Source: Candidatus Heimdallarchaeota archaeon
GTDB taxonomy: Archaea > Asgardarchaeota > Heimdallarchaeia > Heimdallarchaeales > Heimdallarchaeaceae
Length of the DNA stretch: 20,550 bases
Direction of reading: 5' to 3'
NCBI GenBank assembly: GCA_030668875.1
Contig: DAOVER010000052.1
Location: 1 to 20,550, forward strand
The stretch's first letter is position 1. The number at the start of each line of letters is the position of its first letter. A program made the translations under genes and the position numbers. Below, piece by piece: positions 1 through 8,476 of the stretch. A model generated the notes under the pieces. That model had not been told where the DNA came from and made no database searches. It worked only from the letters and a program-made list of their open reading frames with translations.

Positions 1-2
1 TT

Positions 3-401
3 CTAGAGTCGCTTGCTCATGCTAAACCTCAAGGAGAATCAGATTTGGAAGTTGCAATTGATTATCTCTTACAAAGAGTGAAACGCGCAGCCTACATTGT
101 GGTAATCTCAGATTTAGAATCTCACCCTGATAGAATTATTAAAGCTATCAGAAGGGCCAGAGCACGGAAGCATAATATCACTGTTATCTCTCCTTTTGGA
201 CCATGGTTTGAAATTGTCTCACATCAACTTTCACCAGTAGAACAAATGGTAGGACATGCTATGGTTGAAAAACAATTAGGAGAACGACAGAATCTATTCA
301 AGCTTCTAAGAAGATATGATGCGGTATCTATCTCAGTAGGTCCAGATGACTTCTTACCTACAGTAATGTCACAGTTTAACCGCATGCAACGTCGAGGATG
401 A
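3..401 (+). CDS. DUF58 / vWA-like domain protein, C-terminal part (5' truncated by window edge)
   Basis: The frame is open from base 3 (LESLAHAKPQGESDLEVAIDYLLQRVKRAAYIVVISDLE...), so the TTG at 45 is not the real start. The pattern G-x-[ST]-D-L...VVISDL followed by a V-I/V-S-x-x-P/D strand is typical of DUF58 proteins that accompany MoxR AAA+ ATPases. Confidence 0.7.
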   Translation, partial: LESLAHAKPQGESDLEVAIDYLLQRVKRAAYIVVISDLESHPDRIIKAIRRARARKHNITVISPFGPWFEIVSHQLSPVEQMVGHAMVEKQLGERQNLFKLLRRYDAVSISVGPDDFLPTVMSQFNRMQRRG

Positions 402-408
402 TAAGAAA

Positions 409-1938
409 ATGGAATCGTTAGGAGACATACAATTTATCGATCTTGGAATAAGAGGAGTACAACGTAGAATCCGCAGCGCAAAAATTCAAACCACAATTAC
501 CAATGTAATTGGAAGACTATTCGCTATAGGGGTTATTGTTTGGCTTGTACTTCAATTTGCAGATTTAATTGATTTTGCAAATGCAGAGAAATTTCCAGAT
601 GGACATCTATTAGATAGCTTAACACTGATATTCATTTTCTTTGAGAACATAGCCCTTGTAATTTTCTCTCTACCATTGCTGATATTCCTCGCTATCTCGC
701 CGATAGATGCAAATGCCATTCTTTTAGGGGCGAGAGCATTTATCACTGTGGATTTATTCAACAATGTTTCACCTCCAGGTGAGATGACTGCATCAGAACT
801 ATATGGCGTAGGTGAATCAGCTATAGATGCGTTGTTCTCTCCATTTGCTTATTATTTCGCTAATCTAGGCCCCTTAAAAGCTTCAAATAGAGCTTCAATT
901 TTAGTATTATTTGTAATTCTATTTTCAGTAGCTGTGACCGCATTTTTACTAAGAGCGAATATGCGCTCAGCGACAGCTGCATTTGTTTGTGTCCAATTTG
1001 TGGTATTCTACGGAAACGTCAAGTTACTCTTCAAACCAGGGCTCTCATTTTCCCCCACACGTAACTTTGGAGAACTTATCACAAACGAAGTAGTACTAAT
1101 TGCACTTGCCTCATATCTATTTCTTGAAATAGCTTTACAGATATCATATATGACGAAGATTCTTAATCCTGCTCAAAGCAGGCAGCAAAGAGTTCTAAGA
1201 GCTTTGGATAGATTGAAAGATTTCCGCTTAGGAATTACTGGTTCTAAAGCAGTTCCTATAGTAAGAGAAGAAGCTGAAGGAGAAGAAGAAGCATCTGACA
1301 GTGGAGATAAGAAATCTGGTGGTTCGATTACGGGTGCGAGTAGTTCTATCAGAAGGAAATTTGGTTTAGCTGGACTAACTTATTTTATGGAAAAAGCTTC
1401 AGATTCTCTTTTTGCTCGTCCTGGTGGTCAACGAGACAAGTTAACTGCTAGATTGCAAAGGTATCATGATGGTTTAGTTCATAGTGACCCAAAAGTCGAT
1501 GATAAACTAGTAGGCGCGTCTATAGCGATAACACCTTTCAAAACTCTCATGTATGTTGGAATGTCAATTGTATTTAGAGTAGGGATAATGCTTGGGGGAC
1601 TATACGCTATCTTAAACCCAGACATCTTATTATACTTCTTAAGATATCCTCCTTCCATTTATAATTCACTTGAGATGTTCGAACCAGAAGGAGTAGTTCT
1701 TCTTTTAATTCCACTGGTAATCTTTATCCTACTATTTACCTCTCTAATTGGTTTTATACAAGAAAAATTCTCTGAAAGAGTAGAAGAAGAACTGGAACCA
1801 ATTCTAGAAGATGTGGAATATATGGTGGAGGATGACAGATCAGGAATATTAACAGAAGAAGACATCGATCCAGTTTCAGAAGAAGATTTGTTTTATGAAC
1901 AACTAGCTTCTGAATTTGATGAAGACTCAGCAGATTAG
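409..1938 (+). CDS. Polytopic membrane protein of unknown function (about 7-8 TM helices, large charged cytoplasmic loop, acidic C-terminal tail)
   Basis: 509-aa ATG ORF starting 7 nt after the DUF58 stop. It has multiple hydrophobic stretches (e.g. LFAIGVIVWLVLQF, ILVLFVILFSVAVTAFLL, VVLLLIPLVIFILLFTSLIGFI) and a D/E-rich tail. No family recognised. Confidence 0.75.
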   Translation: MESLGDIQFIDLGIRGVQRRIRSAKIQTTITNVIGRLFAIGVIVWLVLQFADLIDFANAEKFPDGHLLDSLTLIFIFFENIALVIFSLPLLIFLAISPIDANAILLGARAFITVDLFNNVSPPGEMTASELYGVGESAIDALFSPFAYYFANLGPLKASNRASILVLFVILFSVAVTAFLLRANMRSATAAFVCVQFVVFYGNVKLLFKPGLSFSPTRNFGELITNEVVLIALASYLFLEIALQISYMTKILNPAQSRQQRVLRALDRLKDFRLGITGSKAVPIVREEAEGEEEASDSGDKKSGGSITGASSSIRRKFGLAGLTYFMEKASDSLFARPGGQRDKLTARLQRYHDGLVHSDPKVDDKLVGASIAITPFKTLMYVGMSIVFRVGIMLGGLYAILNPDILLYFLRYPPSIYNSLEMFEPEGVVLLLIPLVIFILLFTSLIGFIQEKFSERVEEELEPILEDVEYMVEDDRSGILTEEDIDPVSEEDLFYEQLASEFDEDSAD

Positions 1939-1943
1939 AGAAA

Positions 1944-1971
1944 TTTCTTCATCACTTTCCCCTTATTTTTT
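1944..1971 (+). terminator. Pyrimidine/oligo-T tract, probable archaeal terminator for 409..1938
   Basis: tttcttcatcactttccccttatttttt immediately follows the stop codon in a convergent intergenic region. Confidence 0.4.
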
Positions 1972-1994
1972 AAATATGATCAAAATTCAGATTG

Positions 1995-2026
1995 AAAAAT
2001 AAAAATAAAAAGAGGGAAAAAAAGAG
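1995..2026 (-). terminator. Oligo-T tract, probable archaeal terminator of the EF-2 gene
   Basis: The minus strand reads tctctttttttccctctttttatttttattttt directly after the TAA of the EF-2 ORF. Confidence 0.55.
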
Positions 2027-2028
2027 AT

Positions 2029-4245
2029 TTATGTTCTTTTATACATGAACCGTTCCCAGTTGGATACTTCAGGAACTTGTGGAGAAAGTTCTTTTCGAGT
2101 GCGAATGGATTCTATCAGTTCCTTCTCTAGATTAACAGGAACACGATCAAATCCATCGAAAACATAACCAAAGAATGCTCTACCAGAACTATTACCTCGT
2201 ATCTCATCTGCAAGATCAATAGTTTCAGCTGTTGGTATTCTTCCTCTTATGTTAGTATTTTCTCCTTCTTGAGTCATATCTTGAATTATTCCCCTGTTCT
2301 GGGTTATTACTTTAGACATATTTCCTACATAATCAGAAGGAACCTTGATGTCAATTATTTGCATTGGTTCAAGTAAATGTGGTTCACTGGTTAAGAAGGA
2401 TGTATGATATGCAGCCAAACACATTTGGAAAATTTCTGTAAACCCTGTATGAGCTGGGTCTACGTGAATGGTAGCATCTGTAATCATCCACCTTGAACCC
2501 ATTAATGGTTCTTTTGCCAATGTTGCTCCATCACAGAAATCTTCGAAAACTTGGATAACATATGCCTTAATATTATCTAATCTTTGAACACCAGAGGTAG
2601 CATCTACAAGTACATTTGTGTCTTTTATAGTCCAGATTCTTCTAGCTTCCTTAGCAATCCATCCTGCTTGTTCTTGAAGTTGATTTGCTCTTTCTCTGCG
2701 TTCCATATCATTATGGATTTTACCAGATTTGAACAAATCAATGGATTCTTTATTTAATACCTCTACATGTATCATTAATCTATTGTGACCATTAGGAGAT
2801 TTGGCATGTACAGTAATACCACTTTTAGATGGAACTTCTCTGTAAACAATGATAGGATCACTTACATCAATCTGAACTTGCTCTTGAATTCGTGTTACTA
2901 AAATTTCAATTTGCAAAGGATCAATACCTGATAAAACATATGTCTTAGATTCTTGGTCATGTCTAAAAGTAGCGGTTGGGTCTGCCATTATCCATTTTGA
3001 TACTACCTCTCCTAATTTAGCAATATCTTGGGGATCTTTTGGCTTAATCGTTCTGCTAACAACTGGATCTGAAGCATAAGAAATTTCTTCAAAAGGTGTA
3101 AGCCTATTTTCATCTCCTTCTCTTACGAAAGTTTCTCCAGCTGGGGTAATAAAACCATAGATAGCAAAAAGATTCCCTGCTGGAACTTCATCTACATCAA
3201 GAATGTCTGTAATTTCCATAACTCCTAGACGTTTAATAGATGCTTTGGTTTTCTTTCCAACTAGAAATAGCGAATCTGTTTTCTTTAACGTACCTGAGTA
3301 TACTCTTCCAATAAGTGTAGGTCTCTTTGATTTGGGTTCAATAAAGATTTTTGTAATCATACCCATAAGTGGACCGTCTTTATCACAACTCAAAAGAGCT
3401 TGACCTTCAGGACTTTCAATGTCTCCGCCCCAAATTGCTGGAATTTTGACTTTTTGTCCTTCAACAGGATTTGGTAAATGTCGTATAACCATCTCTAATA
3501 GAGGTTCTTCAAGTGGTAAATTGTCCTTTAACCATTCTTTGTCATTTTCATCATATTTTGCAAAAATATCTTGGGGTCTAATCTGTAATCTTTGAAGAGT
3601 TGACATATTAAATGCCCATCCATCTTTAGCACTACCTACTGCAACTGAACCATCTTTGAAAGATACCATCCATTCTTTAGCTGAACCTTTTGGAGCGTTA
3701 TCCTTGATTAGTTTATTAACACCTGCAAGAATTGTGTCAATTTTTGCAAAAACGTCTTGGGGAGCAAGTCTGAGTTCAGAAATAAGTCTGTCTACCTTAT
3801 TAATGAAAAGCACTGGTTTGCATTTTTCAGCTAAACTTAGTCTTATGTTAGTTTCAGTCTGGGTCATAACACCTTCAAGAGCATCTACTAAAATGATAAC
3901 ACCATCACTTCCTCGAAGTGCTCTACTTACTTCTCCTGTAAAAGAAATATGTCCTGGGGTGTCGTTAATCTCACAAAGGTATGTATCCCCTTCGAATTCG
4001 TAGGATAACATTACTACACTTGTAAAAATAGTGATTCCTCTCTCTTGTTCTTCTTCATCACTATCCATCATTACTTTCTTTCCCGCATCTGCGTCCGACA
4101 TTAGACCAGCTTTACGCAGGAGATAATCACTTGTTGTTGTTTTACCATGATCAATATGAGCTGCAATAGAAAATACTCTACGCAAGTTCATAGGATGATT
4201 TTTAATCATCTCGCGGATTTCATCTGGATTCTTTACACGAACCAT
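2029..4245 (-). CDS. fusA: Translation elongation factor EF-2 family GTPase, divergent (aEF-2 paralog-like), 738 aa
   Basis: G1 AHIDHGKTT, switch I EQERGITI, G3 DTPGH, G4 NKVD, GRVYSG, PIIVYRE, SPNGHNR and the domain V region LLEPMQ are all present. The start was moved from the 4398 TTG to the ATG at 4245 (MVRVK...) because the first 51 codons of the ORF-track call are AT-rich promoter sequence. Diagnostic motifs are altered (see findings). Confidence 0.93.
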   Translation of the reverse strand: MVRVKNPDEIREMIKNHPMNLRRVFSIAAHIDHGKTTTSDYLLRKAGLMSDADAGKKVMMDSDEEEQERGITIFTSVVMLSYEFEGDTYLCEINDTPGHISFTGEVSRALRGSDGVIILVDALEGVMTQTETNIRLSLAEKCKPVLFINKVDRLISELRLAPQDVFAKIDTILAGVNKLIKDNAPKGSAKEWMVSFKDGSVAVGSAKDGWAFNMSTLQRLQIRPQDIFAKYDENDKEWLKDNLPLEEPLLEMVIRHLPNPVEGQKVKIPAIWGGDIESPEGQALLSCDKDGPLMGMITKIFIEPKSKRPTLIGRVYSGTLKKTDSLFLVGKKTKASIKRLGVMEITDILDVDEVPAGNLFAIYGFITPAGETFVREGDENRLTPFEEISYASDPVVSRTIKPKDPQDIAKLGEVVSKWIMADPTATFRHDQESKTYVLSGIDPLQIEILVTRIQEQVQIDVSDPIIVYREVPSKSGITVHAKSPNGHNRLMIHVEVLNKESIDLFKSGKIHNDMERRERANQLQEQAGWIAKEARRIWTIKDTNVLVDATSGVQRLDNIKAYVIQVFEDFCDGATLAKEPLMGSRWMITDATIHVDPAHTGFTEIFQMCLAAYHTSFLTSEPHLLEPMQIIDIKVPSDYVGNMSKVITQNRGIIQDMTQEGENTNIRGRIPTAETIDLADEIRGNSSGRAFFGYVFDGFDRVPVNLEKELIESIRTRKELSPQVPEVSNWERFMYKRT

Positions 4246-4287
4246 CTTTATCACACATTCTGTTATGACGCTAAATTTTAAGGTTGA

Positions 4288-4297
4288 ATTATAAATA
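4288..4297. promoter_or_regulatory. Overlapping back-to-back TATA boxes (TTATAAAT on +, TTTATAAT on -) in the divergent EF-2 / cof operon intergenic region
   Basis: attataaata at 4288-4297 lies about 45-50 nt upstream of the EF-2 ATG (4245) and about 120 nt upstream of the + strand operon start. Confidence 0.45.
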
Positions 4298-4409
4298 TAG
4301 TGATTCTTATGTTTTTTAACTAAAAGACTAAAGCGCACAAATCTTTCTTTTTTACCAGTAATCTCTCCGCTAAACACATATGTGTGCTTTTTCCGCAAAA
4401 TCTTAATAC

Positions 4410-5588
4410 TTGCTCACAGATTTTCAAAAGAGATATATGGTATCAGTTCGTGCCAATGCTTTAGTAGGTTCAGATTTGGAATTTGTTGAGGATGTTCGAT
4501 TTCAAATTGGCTCTGATGGTACTATAATCGATATTTCAAAAGAAGAAAAACCAACTAAATATATTTTACCATCGTCTTACCTTCTAATTCCAGGTTTTGT
4601 AAATGCTCATGTCCATGTTGGTGATGCATATCTTAAGGATCAGACTTATGGATTATCTCTTGATGAGGCAGTAGGGCTTGCTGGAGTTAAGCATAAAAAA
4701 CTAAGTTCCAGCTCAACCGCGGAAAAAATTGCAAGTATTAGAAACTCATTGGAGATGCACGTCAACAATGGTTTTACGAGTTTTATTGATTTCAGAGAAG
4801 GGGGTTTACAAGGTATTAATTTACTGAAAGAATCTCTCGTGGATTTTCCTATTCGTGGATTGATTTTAGGTCGGACATTCAATGAAGATTCACTAGTGGA
4901 AATAAGTAAACAGAGTGATGGTATAGGGTTTTCCGATGTTTTTTCTTTGGATGATGCTCTTTGTAGGGAAGCAAATATTATAAAAGAAAATAAGATTGAT
5001 CATCTAAATGCGATTCATGTATCAGAATCATTGGAGGTTATTTCTCAATCTTTAACATCCTATGGTAGAAGAGATATTGAAATAGCAATTGAGCAATTAG
5101 ATTTGGACTTCGTTATCCATGCGACTTATGCTGATAAGAAAGATTTCCAATTTTTGAAAAAGGGCGATATTGGAGTTGTATGTTGCCCCCTTACCAATTT
5201 ATATCATGGTCTAGATTTTCCTCCTTTAGAAGCCATTATTACTGAAGGAATACTTCTCGGATTAGGAACAGATAATGTCTTTTGCTGTAATCCAGACCCC
5301 TTCAGATTAATGGCTTTTTCACTTTATAACGCTCGCTCAACCAACCAACATATCACTCCAAAAAATATACTTAAAGCTTTAACTGTCAATCCTGGATTGA
5401 TGACCCAAAGAAAAATTGGACAATTGTCTATGGGATATAGTGGTGATTTTCTAGGATTTGATTTAAATAATCCTAATCTCAGATTCTCTAAAGATCTCTA
5501 TACAGCATTAACAATGCGAGCTACATCCGCTGACATAGGCTTTCATATGTACAAAGGCAGGTTAGTAAAATGGGAAAACCAGAAGTAA
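4410..5588 (+). CDS. Metal-dependent amidohydrolase superfamily protein, nucleobase-deaminase type
   Basis: PGFVNAHVHVGD (HxH at 4608-4616), IHVSE (HxxE at 5016), VIHAT and LGLGTDN (Asp at 5271) give a complete amidohydrolase metal-ligand set. C-terminal G-x-L-x-x-G-x-x-x-D motif is present (GQLSMGYSGD). The start is either TTG 4410 or ATG 4437. Confidence 0.88.
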   Translation: MLTDFQKRYMVSVRANALVGSDLEFVEDVRFQIGSDGTIIDISKEEKPTKYILPSSYLLIPGFVNAHVHVGDAYLKDQTYGLSLDEAVGLAGVKHKKLSSSSTAEKIASIRNSLEMHVNNGFTSFIDFREGGLQGINLLKESLVDFPIRGLILGRTFNEDSLVEISKQSDGIGFSDVFSLDDALCREANIIKENKIDHLNAIHVSESLEVISQSLTSYGRRDIEIAIEQLDLDFVIHATYADKKDFQFLKKGDIGVVCCPLTNLYHGLDFPPLEAIITEGILLGLGTDNVFCCNPDPFRLMAFSLYNARSTNQHITPKNILKALTVNPGLMTQRKIGQLSMGYSGDFLGFDLNNPNLRFSKDLYTALTMRATSADIGFHMYKGRLVKWENQK

Positions 5589-6259
5589 TCATAAATGTTG
5601 CAAGCACTCTTGATGGGATAATAGGTTCAGAAGAAGGTGCTCTTTCCTTATCAACAAAAGAGGATTGGTTTAGAGTACATGAGTTAAGAAATTCAGTTGA
5701 AGCGATTCTTATAGGTATTAATACAGTTCTTAACGATGATCCTCTTTTGACTGTTCGTTATGCTGAACCTAAGTCTCCTCACCCATTTAGAGTTGTATTA
5801 GATTCAAAGTGTCGAATTCATTTAGGTTCAAAAATCGTACAAGATCAAAATAGATTCCCAACAATTGTTTTTACATCTCACCAAAGTTCTGAAGAAAAGA
5901 GGAAAAAACTACAAAGTTTGGGTGTAAAAGTTGAACTTATTGAAGAAAGAGACGAAAGCAATTTTTTAGATATGAGAACGATTTTGAAAGTACTAAGCAC
6001 GAAGTATTTTGTATCTAGCGTTTTAGTAGAGGGTGGTTCAACAATTATAACACAGTTACTAAAGAAAAAATTAGTTGATGTTTTACATATCTTTTACCGA
6101 TTTGTGTTTGTTGGAAATAGGGGGGGTATAAACTTGTATAATGATAAATTAGTTCAAGATATCCAAGATGCATTGATGTTTGAAGTGGTGGAGATTACAA
6201 AATTGGATAAAGGTATTTTGGTGACACTTACACCAAAAAAGAATACAAATAATAAATAA
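5570..6259 (+). CDS. ribD: 2,5-diamino-6-ribosylamino-4(3H)-pyrimidinone 5'-phosphate reductase (stand-alone RibD C-terminal domain, archaeal ArfC/Rib7 type)
   Basis: KPEVIINVASTLDG, S-x-x-ED-x-x-RVHELR, AILIGINTVLNDDPLLTVR, RVVLDS and VLVEGG motifs of the DHFR-like RibD reductase domain. No N-terminal Zn-deaminase (HAE...PCxxC) domain. Overlaps the upstream gene by 19 nt. Confidence 0.9.
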   Translation: MGKPEVIINVASTLDGIIGSEEGALSLSTKEDWFRVHELRNSVEAILIGINTVLNDDPLLTVRYAEPKSPHPFRVVLDSKCRIHLGSKIVQDQNRFPTIVFTSHQSSEEKRKKLQSLGVKVELIEERDESNFLDMRTILKVLSTKYFVSSVLVEGGSTIITQLLKKKLVDVLHIFYRFVFVGNRGGINLYNDKLVQDIQDALMFEVVEITKLDKGILVTLTPKKNTNNK

Positions 6260-6267
6260 AAAAAGTG

Positions 6268-7371
6268 ATGCGAAAAATGAGTTTTGACCATTATCTTTCC
6301 TTGTTAAACAACGAACCTCGAGAGTTACAGAGTCTAGCAAATGAAAAAGCAAGAAATTTATTCGGTCAGACAATAACTTATTCACGTAATTTTTTTGTGC
6401 CAATTACTCATCAATGCAGAAATAAATGTGGTTATTGTAGTTTTGTTTCAGATGATGTTAACAGTTGGATTACTCCTAATTCATTTCAATCTCTATTAGA
6501 AAAAGCAATATCAGTTAAATGTTCTGAAATTCTTCTAACCTTAGGAGAGAAACCCGAGGAGAAATATGAAACTGCAAGGGAATTTTTACGAAAATACAGC
6601 TGTAACTCAACCGTTGAATATGTAAAAATGTTCTGCGAGCTTGCCTTAGAAGAAAAATTGTTGCCTCATTCGAATCTAGGTGTAATTACACTTGAGGAGC
6701 TTAGAAATTTGAAAGCTTCCAATGCTAGCCTCGGTTTAATGTTAGAATCTTCAAGTGTTCGCTTATTGAACAAAGACGAAGCTCATTACCATTCTCCTAC
6801 AAAAGACCCAAAACTAAGGCTTGAAGTCATTGAGAATGCAGGAAAACTAAGAATACCGTTTACTTCAGGTTTGCTGATAGGGATTGGAGAAACAAAGGAA
6901 GAGCGAATAGAATCTTTGATGAGATTGCAGACTATCAATAATAAACATCAACACATACAAGAAATAATTATACAAAATTTTAACCCTCAAAAAGGAACGC
7001 CTATGCAAGATTATCCTCCTCCTGAAGAGAAAGATGTTCTTCTAACCATTGCCCTATCGCGCATGATTATGGGATCCAACGTAAACATTCAAGCTCCTCC
7101 CAATCTCAATAGGAATAGAATAATTGAACTCTTAAACTATGGTGCAAATGATTTGGGGGGTATATCTCCAGTAACCATTGATTATATCAATCCAAAAATG
7201 ACATGGCAAGAAGAGAAGCATTTGGGGAAAAACTTGGAATCTAAAGACTTTTTGTTAAAACAAAGACTACCTGTGTACCCTCCATATGAAAAGTATTTAA
7301 ACAAAAGAATTCGCAAAATAATTGAGGATAAGTATAGGAATGAAGAAATTATCTCCCCCCAAAATCGATGA
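6268..7371 (+). CDS. cofG: FO synthase subunit 1 (7,8-didemethyl-8-hydroxy-5-deazariboflavin synthase CofG), radical SAM
   Basis: TYSRNFFVPITHQCRNKCGYCSF (CxxxCxxC), GEKPE, LPHSNLG, SLGLMLE, PFTSGLLIGIGET, IQEIIIQNF, IQAPPNL and NDLGGISPVTIDYINP are CofG-characteristic. The start could be GTG 6265, ATG 6268 or ATG 6277. Confidence 0.93.
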   Translation: MRKMSFDHYLSLLNNEPRELQSLANEKARNLFGQTITYSRNFFVPITHQCRNKCGYCSFVSDDVNSWITPNSFQSLLEKAISVKCSEILLTLGEKPEEKYETAREFLRKYSCNSTVEYVKMFCELALEEKLLPHSNLGVITLEELRNLKASNASLGLMLESSSVRLLNKDEAHYHSPTKDPKLRLEVIENAGKLRIPFTSGLLIGIGETKEERIESLMRLQTINNKHQHIQEIIIQNFNPQKGTPMQDYPPPEEKDVLLTIALSRMIMGSNVNIQAPPNLNRNRIIELLNYGANDLGGISPVTIDYINPKMTWQEEKHLGKNLESKDFLLKQRLPVYPPYEKYLNKRIRKIIEDKYRNEEIISPQNR

Positions 7372-8464
7372 AATCATTGATTTGACTACTTTTAGTGAAT
7401 CAAATACAAACGAAATAAAAGAAGTAACTGAATTACTAAAAAAACGTGGAAAGGAGTTATGGATACAGACAGCTTTGGCTGATGATTTAAGATATCAACA
7501 AGTTGGAGATAAAGTCACTTATGTAGTTAATCAGAACATCAATTTTTCAAATCATTGCATTGGTTCCTGTAGATTTTGTTCTTTCAACTATACTAATCAC
7601 AAAGACACCCTCAGGCCTGAAAGGCTCACTCTTGAAGATATACGACTAGAAACGGAAAAATCTTTAGCCAGAGGTTGTACTGAGTTATGTATTCAAGGTG
7701 GTTTAGATCCAGAAATAAATTTCGAATTTTATCTAGACATTTTAAAAGCAGTAAAAACCACAGCACCTAACATCCATATACATGCTTTTTCTCCCTCAGA
7801 GATAGCTTATATGTCACAAATTTCTGGTGAAACAGTGGTAGATGTATTCAAAGAACTTGCTAGGAATGGACTAGATTCTTTTCCTGGAACAGCTGCTGAA
7901 ATTCTAGTAGATGACGTCAGACAAGTAATTTGTCCAGAAAAAATATCTACAAACCAATGGGTGAATATTGTGTTAACCGGACATAGTTTAGGTTTAAGAT
8001 CTACAGCAACAATGATGTATGGGCACGTGGAAACACTGAAAAATGAAGCTGAACATCTAGTTCTTTTGAAGCATATGCAGGAAATTTCGAAAGGTTTTAC
8101 AGAATTTGTGCCTTTACCCTTTATACATAATAATACTGTTTTGTATAAATATCTTGGAGCAAGACCTGGTAGTACAGGAATGCATGATCTAGCCCTTTTC
8201 AGTTCTGCAAGATTATATCTGGGTGAACTTTTTTCAAACATTCAAACCTCTTGGGTAAAACTAGGGGCAAAATTTTCACAAATATCACTTAATGCTGGGG
8301 TTAATGATGTAGGTGGAACACTATTTTCTGAGAGCATTACCAAAAGTGCAGGGGGCAAATATGGTGAAGAGAAAACTGCTGAAGAATTTATTGACTTAAT
8401 TCGTGATGCTAATAGACTTCCTGCTCAAAGAGACACGATTTACAATATTCTCAAGAACCATTAA
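7340..8464 (+). CDS. cofH: FO synthase subunit 2 (CofH), radical SAM
   Basis: VTYVVNQNINFSNHCIGSCRFCSF, ELCIQGG, IHIHAFSPSEI, SFPGTAAEIL, ICPEKI, TATMMYGHVE, EFVPLPFIH, NIQTSWVKLG and NDVGGTLFSESITKSAG match the CofH/MqnC family, and adjacency to cofG favours CofH. ATG 7340 is preferred over the TTG at 7322. Confidence 0.92.
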   Translation: MKKLSPPKIDEIIDLTTFSESNTNEIKEVTELLKKRGKELWIQTALADDLRYQQVGDKVTYVVNQNINFSNHCIGSCRFCSFNYTNHKDTLRPERLTLEDIRLETEKSLARGCTELCIQGGLDPEINFEFYLDILKAVKTTAPNIHIHAFSPSEIAYMSQISGETVVDVFKELARNGLDSFPGTAAEILVDDVRQVICPEKISTNQWVNIVLTGHSLGLRSTATMMYGHVETLKNEAEHLVLLKHMQEISKGFTEFVPLPFIHNNTVLYKYLGARPGSTGMHDLALFSSARLYLGELFSNIQTSWVKLGAKFSQISLNAGVNDVGGTLFSESITKSAGGKYGEEKTAEEFIDLIRDANRLPAQRDTIYNILKNH

Positions 8465-8476
8465 TAGTAAGCCAAG

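Noticed and set aside
4246-4398. 51-aa N-terminal extension of EF-2 in the ORF track (TTG start at 4398)
   Set aside because: AT-rich and K/F/S-biased sequence that covers the TATA region. The ATG at 4245 gives a normal 738-aa archaeal EF-2 length.
4300-4409. FMN riboswitch upstream of the flavin-related operon
   Set aside because: The region is too AT-rich and lacks the conserved FMN riboswitch sequence blocks and multi-stem layout.
552-4882. Shadow ORFs 552..764(-), 1659..1865(-), 3203..3403(+), 3656..4003(+), 4646..4882(-)
   Set aside because: Antisense to well-supported genes, Ser/Ile-rich composition typical of reverse-frame artefacts, and no motifs.
7340-8464. MqnC/MqnE (futalosine pathway) assignment for the second radical SAM gene
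   Set aside because: The family is shared with CofH, but overlap with a clear cofG and the pyrimidine reductase favours CofH.
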